Below the pieces are notes generated by a model. It saw only the letters and a program-made list of their open reading frames with translations, did no database searches and was not told where the DNA came from. A stretch of 32,723 nucleotides of DNA from Malassezia furfur. Its lineage: Eukaryota. Positions 1-10,652 of this stretch are shown piece after piece. A program made the position numbers and the translations under genes. How positions within the stretch are numbered: the first letter of the stretch is position 1; each line of letters opens with the position of its first letter. The stretch lies in NCBI GenBank assembly GCA_052055015.1, contig JBQJIT010000083.1; one strand, written 5' to 3'.

Positions 1-2491
1 TGGGCTGGATGTAGTCCGACACGCCCAGCTCGAGCTCCTCGGTCTGGTATTCGTCCTGGTACCCCTCGGGCTCCGGCTCGCCGCTCGTGGGGTCGACCTC
101 CTTGGAGACGAAGCGCAGCGTGTTGCTCAGCACCGCGACCGGGAACGGCAGCGCGGCGTCGCGCTTCAGCGACACATACACCGTGCCGCTCGGCGACGCG
201 GACGACAGCTGCGCAATGGGCAGGATGAACTCTTCTTCGAGGCCCGCCTCCTGGAGACCGCCGACAACCATCACGACGTCCTCGAGCACGATCTCGGCGA
301 GCGTGTTGGTGACGTTGTACTGCAGCACAATGTGCTCCGAGAAGACGTGCTTCACCGCGGTCACCACGTACTCGGTCTCGCTCTCGGTGAGCGGCACAGG
401 CGCCTGGATGGGCGACGAGGTGAGCAGCGGGCCGTACGACGCAAACTCGCCGATCTGCTGCAGCTCGTGCGCGTACGCGGCGTGCGGGTCGGCGCCCGCG
501 GCGGCCTCGACGCCGTTCGTGAGGCCGTCGGCCACCGGCGCGGCGTCTTCGCGCACGCCCAGCGACGCACCCACGGCGCTCTGCGTGCGGGCCTCATACG
601 CGGTCTGCGCGGCCTGTTCCCGCGTGATGAGCGGCACACTCGCGTAGTCGAACGGCGTGCCCGACGCCGCCGACGTGCTCATGTACGCCTCGAGGCTCTG
701 CTCGAGCGCCGCAAGGTCCGGCACTGCGGTGTTCTGCACGAGCTGCTCATTGAGCGCGTTGGCGTCCAGCAGGCGGAGCGCGAGTGCCGCACGGTCGCGC
801 ACCTCGTCGTCGACGTCCTCGAGGCACCGCCGGAGCAGCACGCGGATGCGCGTCGTGAGCTGTGCGTTGCGCGCGCCAAACTTGGCCAGGCTGTTGACCG
901 CTGCGGCGCGCACAATGGCGTTCTCGAGGATGACGCGGTTGTAGATAAAGCGGATGTACTTGTGCGGCTCGGGCATCTCGGGGCCCTCGAGGCCGAGCAG
1001 GTGCAGGATGCGCACGTTGAGCTTGGTGAACTCGCAGTCCTCGATGAACTCGCACAGGTGGCCGAGCGCCGCCTCCTTGCTGCCCTTGACGAACTTGGCC
1101 ATGGAAAAGATGACCTCGACGACGGACCGCTTGAACTCGTAGCCGCCCTCGTCGCGCAGCACGCCGGCAAGGAAGCCGAGCATGGCCGACTGCTTCATGG
1201 GGAACTTGAGCGACAGGCTGCGGATCGCATCCACGACGATGATCTTGAACTCGTCGCTGATCTCGGACATGAAGCCGCTGATCTGCTTGATCAGGCGGTC
1301 GACCGACGACTCATTGCCCGTCTTGAGCAGCGTCGCGATCGCGTACGTCGCCACGCCGCGGTTCGTGTCGGTGATCAGGTTCTCCATGTCGACGTTGCAC
1401 GCCTGCACCGCCGCCGGGCGCGTCTGCGCCAGCTCCGCGAGCGTGCGCACCGCCGCAAACTTGAGCGTCGCGCGCGGCGACGAGAGGAACATTTGCAGCA
1501 CGGCAATCGCGCGCGACTGCGACTCGACCGCGACGCCGGTGAGCGAGCACAGCGCACGCGCCGCCTCGTAGTTGACCATGTCGCTCTTGTGGCGCAGCCA
1601 GCCTTCCAGGAGCTCAACGAGCGGCGCGCGCATGTTGGGGTCCTCCTCGGCGATCTTGGCCGTGTAGCGCACCAGCATACACAGCGCAAACGGATTGCGC
1701 AGCGTCGTGCTCTGCGCGCCTTTCGCGCCGCCCAGCTGCTGGATGAGCTTGGTGACGGCAATTTTGTCGCTCTGCCGCGCAAGATACAGCAGACCGAGCG
1801 CATGGTACTGCACAATGTAGCTCATGCTCGGCACGCTCGCGGGCTCCACGGCGCTGGCGCTGCTGTCGCCGCCGAAACGCAGCGTCAGCCCACCGCGGCC
1901 CAGGCCGCCAAATCCGCTGCTGCCGCCCGTCGAGATGGCCGGGCGCATGTTGATGGCCTCAGACACCTCGTTGCTCCAGCGGCGCACCACGTCGCGCGCG
2001 CTGGTAAACAAGTGGTACGACGAGACGATCGCCGCGCAGGCCACCGACGGATTCCGGTCGACGATGGCCGACTTGAGGTAGCGCTCGAGGCCCTGCACCA
2101 TGCTCGGGTCGACGACACGCGTCAGCGCACGGATCGCATTCGGGCGGTACACGACCTCGGTGTTGGGCTGCATGTCCTTCATGATGGACGCCGTGACCAT
2201 AATCACGTCGTCCGCGTACGGAGCGAGCTCCTTGATCACCAGATACACCATCTGGCGGAGCGCCGCATCCTTGTTCTGGAAGAGCTTGGTCGCCCCGAAG
2301 AAGAGCGCCGTCGCCTCCTGCCGCGAGAACTTTTCCCCCGTGTACAGGAGGTACAGAATCTTGGTGAGCAGGATCCGGCACTTCCGCGGGCTAATGTTGG
2401 AGTCGTGGAAGGCGCGCGCCTCCTGGATCACGGCCGTCTTGTCCTGGCGGAACGAGACGATGCCCGCCTCCTCGTCCTTCTTGACCGACAT
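1..2491 (-). CDS. SEC21: Coatomer gamma subunit (gamma-COP), 3' end runs off the window
   Basis: Read manually; missing from the ORF track because there is no stop in the window. ATG 2491 gives MSVKKDEEAGIVSFRQDKTAVIQEARAFHDSNISPRKCRILLTKILYLL...LRQMVYLVIKEL. The same frame reads QDEYQTEELELGVSDYIQP at the left edge, matching the gamma-COP appendage region. Confidence 0.95.
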   Translation of the reverse strand, partial: MSVKKDEEAGIVSFRQDKTAVIQEARAFHDSNISPRKCRILLTKILYLLYTGEKFSRQEATALFFGATKLFQNKDAALRQMVYLVIKELAPYADDVIMVTASIMKDMQPNTEVVYRPNAIRALTRVVDPSMVQGLERYLKSAIVDRNPSVACAAIVSSYHLFTSARDVVRRWSNEVSEAINMRPAISTGGSSGFGGLGRGGLTLRFGGDSSASAVEPASVPSMSYIVQYHALGLLYLARQSDKIAVTKLIQQLGGAKGAQSTTLRNPFALCMLVRYTAKIAEEDPNMRAPLVELLEGWLRHKSDMVNYEAARALCSLTGVAVESQSRAIAVLQMFLSSPRATLKFAAVRTLAELAQTRPAAVQACNVDMENLITDTNRGVATYAIATLLKTGNESSVDRLIKQISGFMSEISDEFKIIVVDAIRSLSLKFPMKQSAMLGFLAGVLRDEGGYEFKRSVVEVIFSMAKFVKGSKEAALGHLCEFIEDCEFTKLNVRILHLLGLEGPEMPEPHKYIRFIYNRVILENAIVRAAAVNSLAKFGARNAQLTTRIRVLLRRCLEDVDDEVRDRAALALRLLDANALNEQLVQNTAVPDLAALEQSLEAYMSTSAASGTPFDYASVPLITREQAAQTAYEARTQSAVGASLGVREDAAPVADGLTNGVEAAAGADPHAAYAHELQQIGEFASYGPLLTSSPIQAPVPLTESETEYVVTAVKHVFSEHIVLQYNVTNTLAEIVLEDVVMVVGGLQEAGLEEEFILPIAQLSSASPSGTVYVSLKRDAALPFPVAVLSNTLRFVSKEVDPTSGEPEPEGYQDEYQTEELELGVSDYIQP

Positions 2492-2837
2492 CCTGTCCAA
2501 GCACCGACGTCCGCGCGCAGGCGTCCCGTGCAGGTAACGACACAGCGACGAAACACGGCGGCGCGTCGCCCGCCCACCGCGATGCCGGCGCACCGCGGAG
2601 GCCCGGCATGTGCCTATGCAAACACGCCCCTACAGGCCGCGCCAACATAATTCGCCAACACCCCGACCGTTCCGATGCACCGCCGTTCTCGGCCGGGAGA
2701 ACGTGCGGTGGCGTGCGCGACGTTGGTTTCTCGCGTCAGCGTGGCAGACGACTCATTGCTCCTCGTGCGCGCTCCTAATCCTAATCTTCTCGACGCCCAG
2801 AACTGATCGCGTGCCGTGCGCTTGTGCGTGAGCAAAC

Positions 2838-4478
2838 ATGGCCACCGAAGATCATAACTCGATCTCGTTCATCCTGGGCCTCAACCAGTTCCAGGAGCCG
2901 AGCGGGACCGAGAACGTGGAGGCCGCCGCGGCGGGCGACACCAACCCCCTGCTCGCAGGGCTCAACCTGCTGCCCTCGGCAAGCCCGGAGAATGCCGAAG
3001 ACACAATGACCAACTTTGCTAACCAGCTCTCGCTCTGGACGAACGCGAGCTTTAATTTCGACGGGCCGATGGGCCATGCGCTCATCGGGGACGAGGAGAA
3101 GGAGCCGCCCAAGAACGACGGACAGGCGCACCGCGACGACGACGAAAAGCGGATGCAGCGCTTCCTCGCCGCTTCGGGCGCGCACTCCAATGCTGCGCGC
3201 GACAAGAATCGCGAACTCGACCGCGAAAACAGATTGTCGCCGAGCGGTGCGCCGCTGCCCAACGCCCCGGCCGGCGAGACACCGGCACCGAGCGCATTTG
3301 GCACAGGCGCGCCTTTTGCCAATGACCTGCTGCACACCGCATCGCCCGGGCGCGCATTTGCGCACGCACAACCGCACGCCGCGCTCGGACCACACGACAC
3401 CAACGCCTGGCGTGCGTCCTCGGCGGATCGGAGCAGTGCGCCTGCCGAGCGGCCCGACGTGCCCGTGGCACCGGCGCCCGCACCTGCACCGGGGGCAGAT
3501 ACGACGTGGGACCTCACCTCGACGCTCGCACTGCAGTACCTCCTGTCCAAGAACCCCGGCGTGCTCCAAAACCTCCCGCATGTGGCCCAGGGTGCCGGGG
3601 CCCTGGCGTCGGTACCCTCGGCGCCCTCGGTGCCCCCGGCGCCCTCGGTGCCGGGCCCCTCGACGTGGAATGTGCCCGCTCCAGCAGGCACGCGTACGCA
3701 TCCCAACAGTGGGTACAGCACACCACATGCGCCTGTGGATCCCTATCAGCTGCTGCATGCCCACTCGTCGCCGGCGCCGGCGCCGGCAGCAAGCGGCGCG
3801 CAGTCGAGCAGCTCGTCGCTATCACTTGGCGAGAGCAGCCGGCTCACGCGACCTGCGCAGCCCACGCCACCGTCGACCGAGTTTACGTTCAGCCCGCCCG
3901 GCGATACACGCAAGCCGGTGGCCGGTAGCAAGCGCAGCTCGTCGTCGTCGCAAGGGCGTAACGGTTCTGGCAAGGCAGAGCGCGCGCCGGAATCCGAAGA
4001 CGAGCCGCATGACACGAACAGCGACGGACATAAGGCCGAGGACCGGCGAAACGGGCGTGGCGCCAGTGCCACGGAGCGGCTCAAACTCGTCAACACGGGC
4101 AACCCTGAGGCAGATGCCGAGGCCAACCGCCTGGCCATTGAGGAGGACAAGCGGCGGCGCAATACCGCGGCCAGTGCGCGTTTCCGCGTGAAGAAAAAGC
4201 AGCGCGAGGCGGCGCTAGAGATGACGGCGCGCGAGCTCGAGGCACAGGTTGGCGAGCTGAAGCAGATCAACGAGCGCCTGCGCACCGAGAATGAGTGGCT
4301 CAAACGGCTCATCACGGCGCGGCCTGAGGGGTTATCGGCGCTGCTGGGATCGAGCATGCCGCCGGCGCCGCAGGTGACGCAGCCCGCGCGTCCGCCTGTC
4401 GCTGTGAACCAGCCGATACGACCAGCGCCACCGCACATGCCCATGGGCAAGGAGACGCGCGACGCACACCCGGAGTAG
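2838..4478 (+). CDS. bZIP transcription factor, CYS-3/MetR/Zip1-like (sulfur regulator)
   Basis: C-terminal EEDKRRRNTAASARFRVKKKQREAALE...LRTENEWLKRLI matches the CYS-3/MetR basic region and zipper; the rest is low-complexity Pro/Ser/Ala. Confidence 0.85.
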   Translation: MATEDHNSISFILGLNQFQEPSGTENVEAAAAGDTNPLLAGLNLLPSASPENAEDTMTNFANQLSLWTNASFNFDGPMGHALIGDEEKEPPKNDGQAHRDDDEKRMQRFLAASGAHSNAARDKNRELDRENRLSPSGAPLPNAPAGETPAPSAFGTGAPFANDLLHTASPGRAFAHAQPHAALGPHDTNAWRASSADRSSAPAERPDVPVAPAPAPAPGADTTWDLTSTLALQYLLSKNPGVLQNLPHVAQGAGALASVPSAPSVPPAPSVPGPSTWNVPAPAGTRTHPNSGYSTPHAPVDPYQLLHAHSSPAPAPAASGAQSSSSSLSLGESSRLTRPAQPTPPSTEFTFSPPGDTRKPVAGSKRSSSSSQGRNGSGKAERAPESEDEPHDTNSDGHKAEDRRNGRGASATERLKLVNTGNPEADAEANRLAIEEDKRRRNTAASARFRVKKKQREAALEMTARELEAQVGELKQINERLRTENEWLKRLITARPEGLSALLGSSMPPAPQVTQPARPPVAVNQPIRPAPPHMPMGKETRDAHPE

Positions 4479-4652
4479 ATGTGCCGGAGTGCCTGTGGAC
4501 GCCGCCTTTGCGCTTCGCTCGTTTGGCCTTTTCTCTTTTTTCTACGTTCTTGTGATATAGCGGTGACAGGCATTGAGGCTGGTTCGGTTTGCATTCAGAT
4601 GCAAAAAAAAAGTACGGGGGATGCGTAGTGCGATTGGTGTTGTACAAATTTT

Positions 4653-5351
4653 CTACTGGGCCTGGGACGCGACGTGGATGCCCGCCTCCTCGAGCGTGAC
4701 GGGGTTGTTGTCCAAGCGGAGGTCCTGTATGGCCTGCTCGGCGCCTTCCAGCACAACGTGGCGGCATGCCTTTTCGAGCTCTTCGTGCATGTCAAAATCC
4801 TGGCTAATGAGCTGGATGGGGTAGTGATCGGGGTCGTGAATCACGATGATGTCGCTGCACGTTAGCATACCGCACGTACTTTTTGGCCGAGCCGATATCG
4901 ACCGTGTCTACGCCAAGTGACTCAAATCGACGCTTGGCTTTGAGAATATCAGGCACGCTAAAGCACAAATGATGGAAACCCTACGTGCGTCAGCCATGCG
5001 AAACGTACGCCGCCCGTCGCGCGCGTCTGGAAGTTGGCGTCACTGTCGGTGCCCCTGTGTGAGTAAGTCGCGACGCACTTGCGCTGCACAAGCTCAATGA
5101 GGGAGTGTGCATGACCAAACAACGGCGAATCCTTGTTGGCCGGGAACCGCAGCCAGACTTTGCTGATATCGCTGCATTAGCGTCGCAACATACCCCACGG
5201 TCACTTCACGGACCATGTCCATGCCTGTGTCAGGCCATTCAGACATACCAAACACCTCCTGGTAAAACATGACGCTCTCATCAATGTCCTTTACCTGGAT
5301 ACATATTGAATGGAATGAGAATCCCTTGGTGTCGCGCCATGGGTTGGACAT
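4653..5351 (-). CDS. Glyoxalase I-like (VOC fold) protein, 6 exons
   Basis: Removing introns 5225-5248, 5172-5193, 5055-5078, 4981-5008 and 4855-4879 gives MSNPWRDTKGFSFHSICIQVKDIDESVMFYQEVFGM...LIELVQRKGTDSDANF...GFHHLCFSVPD...IHDPDHYPIQLI, the glyoxalase I motif pattern. Confidence 0.8.
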
Positions 5352-5560
5352 CGTCGACGCAGCGTGTTACAAATGCACCGGCCGGAAGAAGCACATTGTG
5401 GGGTCTCCATCATCGCTCGGCCGATGCCGGTTCGTACGAGCGAGGTTATGACTTAACTCCGCCGCAAGGATCTGTGAAGCAATACCCTTTGTCTACCATT
5501 ACTAACGTCTAACCCGTATTACATGGTACATGGTTGCATGTTATCCTCCACAATCGTTGT

Positions 5561-7427
5561 TTAATTAATGTCAGGGTTGAAGCGCTCCACCGGCTCGAGT
5601 TGTTCCGTGTCCGAAATCATCTCGTCCTTCATGTTGCCGAACCGGTCGTAGCGACGCGGTGTCTGCTTCTCGATGCGCACCGCATCGTACGGGTTCCATA
5701 CGCTCGAGCGCGCAAAGATGTCGTCCATCTCCTCAAGACTGCGGCCGGCAGTCTCGGGGAAAATCCACCAGGATGCGGGGGCCATCAGGAAGTTGATGAC
5801 CGCAAAGATGAGATACGTGTAGTTGTTGATGTTTTCGAATGCGACTGGTGTGATCATCACGACCATGAAGTTGAAGAGCCAGTTGGCACTCGTCGAGACA
5901 CCGTTCGCCTGAGCACGGATACTCAGCGGCGTGCACTCGGCAGGGTAAAGCCACGTCATGCCCAGCCATCCAACGGCAAAGAATGAATTGAAGACGAAGA
6001 GGAAGACACAAGCAGCGATCGCAGGACCCTTGTTACGTGCCGCACTAGGATCGTAGTCTGGAGTAGGCATGTCGAGGGCGGCATGACTCAGAAGACCACA
6101 GAGGATGGCCATAGTGAACGCCATGCCTAATGCGCACGAAATCATAAGTTTGCGGCGGCCGACGCGCTCGATCATGAAAATTGCAAGAATCGAAGCCATG
6201 AAATATTCCGTGCCATTGCATGCCGCAAGAATACGCGATTCGACCGGGGCCAACCCAATGCTCTGCTCAAAGATGGTACCAGCATAGTACGTGATCAGGT
6301 TGATACCACTGATTTGCTGGAACATTTGAATAACGAATGCGAGTGCAACACGGTGGAAGTTGTGGTTTTTGCCTTGCTTGAAAATGTCAGTCGGCTTTGA
6401 CGTAGCCGAGAGCGCAAGACTGTGCTTAATTTCCGAAATGTGCACGTTGATGGAAGGGTCGTTCAGCGGCACATTATCCAAAGCAGAAAGGACGCGGCGC
6501 GCTTCCGTTTCCCTTCCGCGTAGCATGAGCCAACGCGGACTTTCGGGCATCCAAATTGTTAAGAAAGTAGGAATAATCAAGACAATTTGGAAAGCGATCG
6601 GCACTTGCCAAGATGCATTCACATGGTCGCCGTTGGGGAAAGACTTCCACGCCCAGTACATGGCAAAGTCGACCCAGTAGGAAATCATAATACCAAAGCT
6701 GATCAGCGAACCCTCCACCATAATTAGCATGCCACGGTTGTGTGGAGGAGAACATTCTGACTGCCACATGGGAATCTGGTATAAGTCGACTCATCTTTGA
6801 GTAACGTACTGTAGAGGTGTGCTGTCCATTGCCAATACCAGCGATAATTCGTCCAATCCAGAGCAAACCAAGACGACCCTTCTGCGACGAGGGTTCTCCA
6901 GAGCAGACTTGAAGAATCGCGCCAATAAGCATCATACTGATGGTCAGTACCTAATTTATCCGAGCAACATACATGCTTCCGATCCAAATCATCCTGCGAC
7001 GGCCAAGGGTGTTACCCCACAAGATACAAGTAACAGAGCCTGCAAAGCACCCAATTTCGTAAATACCAATGGTACCACCCTGGAGTGACGAGTTGCCAAT
7101 TGGCTCGTTGCTGTTTGGCTCTGTTGTAACAAGGTCAATCTGGGGGAACTTCTCGCGGAAAGGAGGCAGCGTCAACAGACTACCCATGACACCTTGGTCG
7201 TAGCCAAAAAGTACAAAACCAACACCCGCGCAAATGGCAATCAAAAGGTTCAACTGAACGCCCCTCAATCCGAGGAAAGACACGCGTTCGGATGAACCAT
7301 AGCCGTCTGCATTGGTCCCAGGAACAACCTGGTTCTGGTCATTGTATGCAAATGAATGTTCTTTCCCTTGGGGGGCAGAGTCGCTGACAGCAGGACCCTG
7401 GGCCGCATCACCAGTATAGGAGGCCAT
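5561..7427 (-). CDS. Sugar-porter family MFS transporter, STL1-like (polyol/glycerol:H+ symporter)
   Basis: Motifs LFGYDQGVM, GRR, WMPESPRWL, QQISGINLITYY and FPETAGRSLEEMD. Introns 6937-6972 (36 nt) and 6776-6809 (34 nt) join three ORF-track fragments. Confidence 0.9.
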
Positions 7428-8417
7428 GGCAGTCTTGCAAAGAAAACACACCGACTTTTGCGCCTAGCCTCACGCAACCCTCCGGCTTAAATCGCGACCA
7501 GGCCGTTCGCCCCACCATTGTGGGGGGCTGAGACTTGTGCATAAGCAGCGCCAAGGGTAGCTCTGCAGAAGCCAATCAGTCGGGCCCATTTCAATGCCAA
7601 AACTTTTAGTGTGGAGATGTGCTCTACTATGATACGGCACAGACATATACCCTAATGCTGAGCCAATCAATATTCCCTTCCCTAGCTCGCGAAGAAACTG
7701 TTTAGGTAAGAGGAACAGGTTCAAAAGCAACTTAATTGGCTTAGCTAAGGGATCCTCAAATGAACACAACGCCCAAAGCACAACGGACCGTGTTGTTTGG
7801 TCACGTGTTGTGTGAATTGACGTCATATTGCTTTCCCATCGCTGAGATTCCTCGGCATCAGGGTTCTCTTCTGAACTGAGCTTTTGCTGACAGAGGATGT
7901 GTAAGCTCATGTGGGGAATAGCTACAAAGGAGTCCGAGGATGACGTGATAGCTAATGTGGAAACCTAGCAGCAGGAGGCTATCAACACGTGCTGTCTTAG
8001 TTGCCATCGAATCGGTTTGCTCTGCCTTGTAGGACGATCTTCGATTATTGGTCAGCTCAGGTTGCCTTTGCGCGGGGCTCTCTCCAGTTTTGTTGATCGC
8101 GTAGAAATGCAGATGTACTCCTCACATGAGGGGGGACCTCTTGCGAAAATTGACCGCAAGCAGGTGCCCGGATCTGCGTACAGGTGAAGCGCTCTTTTGA
8201 TTGGGTAGATCGTAACGATTTTCTCGGTTCGATTCTGCCAAGCACTGATCTGTTTTGATAAAATCGTATTAGACCAATGAACGCCCACCCTTGTCGGAAA
8301 AACTCATGCAAGACGTTGCCAGCTAGCAGAATTATGCTTCCGGTGTCGTACAGCCCAATGTTGTGACTTTCTGTAACTACGCTAAATTTATTTTTGCGCG
8401 CCAAAAATTGGGCGCAG

Positions 8418-8443
8418 TTATCTGATACAACGGACCCTATAAA
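8418..8443. promoter_or_regulatory. Iron-responsive GATA-factor site (ATCAGATAA on minus strand, 8418-8426) next to TATAAA (8438-8443)
   Basis: Exact match to the ATCWGATAA SreA-type consensus, about 65 nt upstream of a siderophore transporter ATG. Confidence 0.6.
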
Positions 8444-8491
8444 GTAGGAGGAAACAAGGCCGGTAAATTAACCAACCTTCTTCGCTTCAAG

Positions 8492-10456
8492 ATGCCGTTG
8501 GGGATGCCGTCGATGCTGGAGAAAGAGAAGGTCAAGGAGTTCATCAGCCATCTTTGGAAGGTTTATCGTCCGGAATTTGAGCAGCCCGGTCAGTCGGCTG
8601 GCCCCGTCGTGGATGACAAACCCGCGGCGAAGCTGCCTGACGCTGACGAAGTTGCGCAAGACGTGGACGCTGATCTTAAGAACGACGATGACGCGAAGCA
8701 AGTTGGTGTGGCCATCGCCCAAGCAACCTATGCTATGACAGGAAAGACGTGGTATTTCATGATGGTGGCCCTGTTCATTGTTTACTATGTTTATTCGATG
8801 GACAACCTTACCACTTTGACATACCTCCAATGGGTTATGTCGACTGTGAGGCCGGATGGATCGCCAAGCTATTTCACTGCCGTGGCCATTCAAGGTGTTG
8901 TCTCGGGTGTTGCCAAACTCGCTGTCGCCAAGCTCGCTGATATCTACGGGCGCTTTTTTGCCTCTTGTGTGACTCTTTTCTTCTACATTCTGGGTTACCT
9001 TATCTTGGCTGTCGGTCAAAACAACAACACTCAGACCGCCGGTATTGCCTTGCAGGCAGTTGGCAACTCTGGGTTGCTCATTGTGATTTGGATCATTTTG
9101 GCCGACTTTTTGTCGGCGCGTATGCGTGCCTTCGGTATTGCCTTTGTGACTATGCCTTTCTTCATCACTTTTGCAACTGCACCGAAGATTTCCTCGGCGA
9201 TCACTACGACTTCGGTGGATGGCTCGCACTGGCGCTGGGGTTTCGGCATGTTCTGTATCCTTATCCCCGTCACCATGGCGCCGATCATGACCATTCTGTT
9301 CTACCTGGAGCGTAAGGCGAAGCGCAGTGGGCTTGTGCCTGTCCACCCTTACCTTCGTAATAGGTTCTGGTATGGTTTCAAGCAGTTCCTTCTGGACGCT
9401 GATATCGGTGGCATGATCCTGATCCTCGCTGGTTTCATCTTCCTGCTGTTGGCCCTGAGCCGGGGTGGTACTATCGGGTGGAGCACAGACTGGGTCATTG
9501 CCCTCCTGACGGTTGGTGGTGTTCTGATCCTTGTGGTTCCTCTTTATGAATACTACATCTCCCCTCGTCCTTTCATTCGTCAACGCTGGCTGAACTCGAG
9601 CGTCGTCCTTGCAATCTTGATTGCCTTCTTCGACTTCATGTCGTTTAACATTTCTTTCCAGATGCTCTTCTTCTGGCGTTCGATTGGTCTGAACCTGCCT
9701 CCTGGAGATGACAAGACCAACTACTTCACGTACACGGACTCGTTTTCGCTGACCATTTTCGGTGTAATCGCGGGTATGATCATCTTCTATAGTCGGCGTT
9801 ACAAGTACCTTACCGTGTGCGGTGCTGGTATCCGTCTTCTTGCGTACGGTTTGATGATCCGCTACCGTCACGATGGTACGACCATGGTCCAGGCCGTGTG
9901 GCCCCAGATTCTGCTTGGTATGGGTGGTGGTATGGTTGGTGATGTTATCACTATCTCTTCGCAAGTGACGGTGCGTCACCAGGATGTTGCCATGGTTACC
10001 GCGGTCGTCATGCTTTTCCAATCGATTGGCCAGTCTATTGGTACCACCATTTTCACGGCTATTCTTAAGGACCAATTCCCCAAGAAGCTCATGGAATACC
10101 GTGGTATTGATGCAGCGCAAGCTGAGCAAGAGTCTCTTGCTCTCTACACGAACTATGGTGTCGGGCCTGACCGCAACACTCCCGTGGTGCAGACGCAGAT
10201 TCGTGCTTGGAATGATGCTGCTGCGCGTGGTCTTTGGGCCGGCATTGTCTTCTCTGGTGTTGTTTTCCTCCTGTCGCTTTTCCTCAAGGACTACGTGCTT
10301 ACGCGCTCGCAGAATGTTGTCAGCGATGAGCTGCCTGAAAAGAGCCCGTTGGCCATGTCGAAGGACGACACCTATGAGCGGGCCATTGAGCGTGCGGAGC
10401 AGCGTGAGGCTCAGGTGACGGCGTCCCTATCAGCCAGAGCGACAAGACGCTCCTGA
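8492..10456 (+). CDS. Siderophore-iron transporter (SIT/ARN/MirB-type MFS)
   Basis: 654 aa with many TM segments and family-type motifs AKLADIYGR, HWRWGFGMFCILIPV and QVTVRHQDVAMVTA. Start could be 8492, 8504 or 8513. Confidence 0.85.
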   Translation: MPLGMPSMLEKEKVKEFISHLWKVYRPEFEQPGQSAGPVVDDKPAAKLPDADEVAQDVDADLKNDDDAKQVGVAIAQATYAMTGKTWYFMMVALFIVYYVYSMDNLTTLTYLQWVMSTVRPDGSPSYFTAVAIQGVVSGVAKLAVAKLADIYGRFFASCVTLFFYILGYLILAVGQNNNTQTAGIALQAVGNSGLLIVIWIILADFLSARMRAFGIAFVTMPFFITFATAPKISSAITTTSVDGSHWRWGFGMFCILIPVTMAPIMTILFYLERKAKRSGLVPVHPYLRNRFWYGFKQFLLDADIGGMILILAGFIFLLLALSRGGTIGWSTDWVIALLTVGGVLILVVPLYEYYISPRPFIRQRWLNSSVVLAILIAFFDFMSFNISFQMLFFWRSIGLNLPPGDDKTNYFTYTDSFSLTIFGVIAGMIIFYSRRYKYLTVCGAGIRLLAYGLMIRYRHDGTTMVQAVWPQILLGMGGGMVGDVITISSQVTVRHQDVAMVTAVVMLFQSIGQSIGTTIFTAILKDQFPKKLMEYRGIDAAQAEQESLALYTNYGVGPDRNTPVVQTQIRAWNDAAARGLWAGIVFSGVVFLLSLFLKDYVLTRSQNVVSDELPEKSPLAMSKDDTYERAIERAEQREAQVTASLSARATRRS

Positions 10457-10652
10457 CCTACGAGTCTTCTACCGGTGCTGCTCCGCCCATCACGGGTGAG
10501 TACACTGCAAAGGATCAGTACCCGATGCAGACCATGGGGAACAACAACATGTAATCATGTAATTGAGTTGAGTTGCATGCAACAGTTAGGGGATAATTGA
10601 TGGGTTTCAATGTTAAATTAAATCTGTGCTGAAGGCATTATAGTAACATAAG

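Noticed and set aside
332..2650. 772-aa plus-strand ORF
   Set aside because: Antisense shadow of gamma-COP caused by GC-biased codon usage; the product is Arg/His-rich with no motifs.
7450..8490. AT-richer intergenic region as a possible centromere, and its small ORFs
   Set aside because: Only about 1 kb and moderately AT-rich; it contains promoter motifs (CCAAT, GATA, TATA), and the ORFs lack recognisable features.
8468..10129. 553-aa minus-strand ORF
   Set aside because: Antisense shadow of the siderophore transporter.
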